Shown here: in pieces, positions 63,772 through 64,000 of the stretch
How the letters are laid out: every line of letters starts with the position of its first letter
Position numbering within the stretch: the first letter of the stretch is position 1
Source of the DNA: Felis catus
Taxonomy: Eukaryota
DNA length: 64,000 bases
Assembly (NCBI RefSeq): GCF_018350175.1
Contig: NC_058369.1
Span: 21,888,001-21,952,000, forward strand
Direction of reading: 5' to 3'
Notes under the pieces: model-generated
What the model saw: only the letters and a program-made list of their open reading frames with translations
Databases searched by the model: none
Told to the model about the DNA's origin: nothing
Translations under genes and position numbers: made by a program

Positions 63772-64000
63772 TGTTCCAGTGATCTATTGCTGCGTGACAA
63801 ATAATCACAAAACTCAGTGGCTTAAAACAACTACAGTAATTTTACTTTCCCCCACAGCTCTGGTCGGGAATTGGGAAGGGTTGGCTTGCTGGTTCTTGCT
63901 CCGTGTGTCTCATACAATCGCGGTCAGCCAGTGGATGGAGGTAGAATGGCAGGAGCTGGCCACAATGTCCTATCGTTGGAATCATGCGATATGTAACCTT
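63772..64000 (-). mobile_element. MaLR LTR (MLT1-type), runs off window end
   Basis: tctattgctgcgtgacaaataatcacaaaactcagtggcttaaaacaa. Confidence 0.8.

Overview
Mammalian non-coding DNA from a feliform carnivore (cat-like): the tRNA-derived SINEs are the feliform CanSINE/SINEC_Fc type and the young L1 3' ends are feliform/carnivore-type. Well over half of the window is recognisable transposon-derived sequence: 30 CanSINEs, 7 young or carnivore-age L1 fragments (several with clear TSDs), many old L1M/HAL1, L2 and MIR relics, three decayed ERV-L insertions (one retaining both LTR16-like LTRs), MaLR and LTR33-like LTRs, and Tigger and hAT DNA-transposon fossils. I found no host protein-coding exon, RNA gene or CpG-island promoter that I can support. 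The ORFs I could assign are SINE/L1/ERV-L/hAT fragments and the rest look like chance ORFs. A strong minus-strand bias of the poly(A) retroelements (23 of 30 SINEs, 5 of 7 young L1s) and of all three ERV-Ls suggests the window lies inside an intron of a + strand transcription unit. I do not see a novel biological system. The best leads are CpG/GC-gaining patches inside old L1s (possible gBGC hotspots), a few splice- or promoter-like signals in unique islands, and multi-level nested insertions. Repeat family names come from recalled consensus sequences, not a database search, and boundaries of old elements are approximate.
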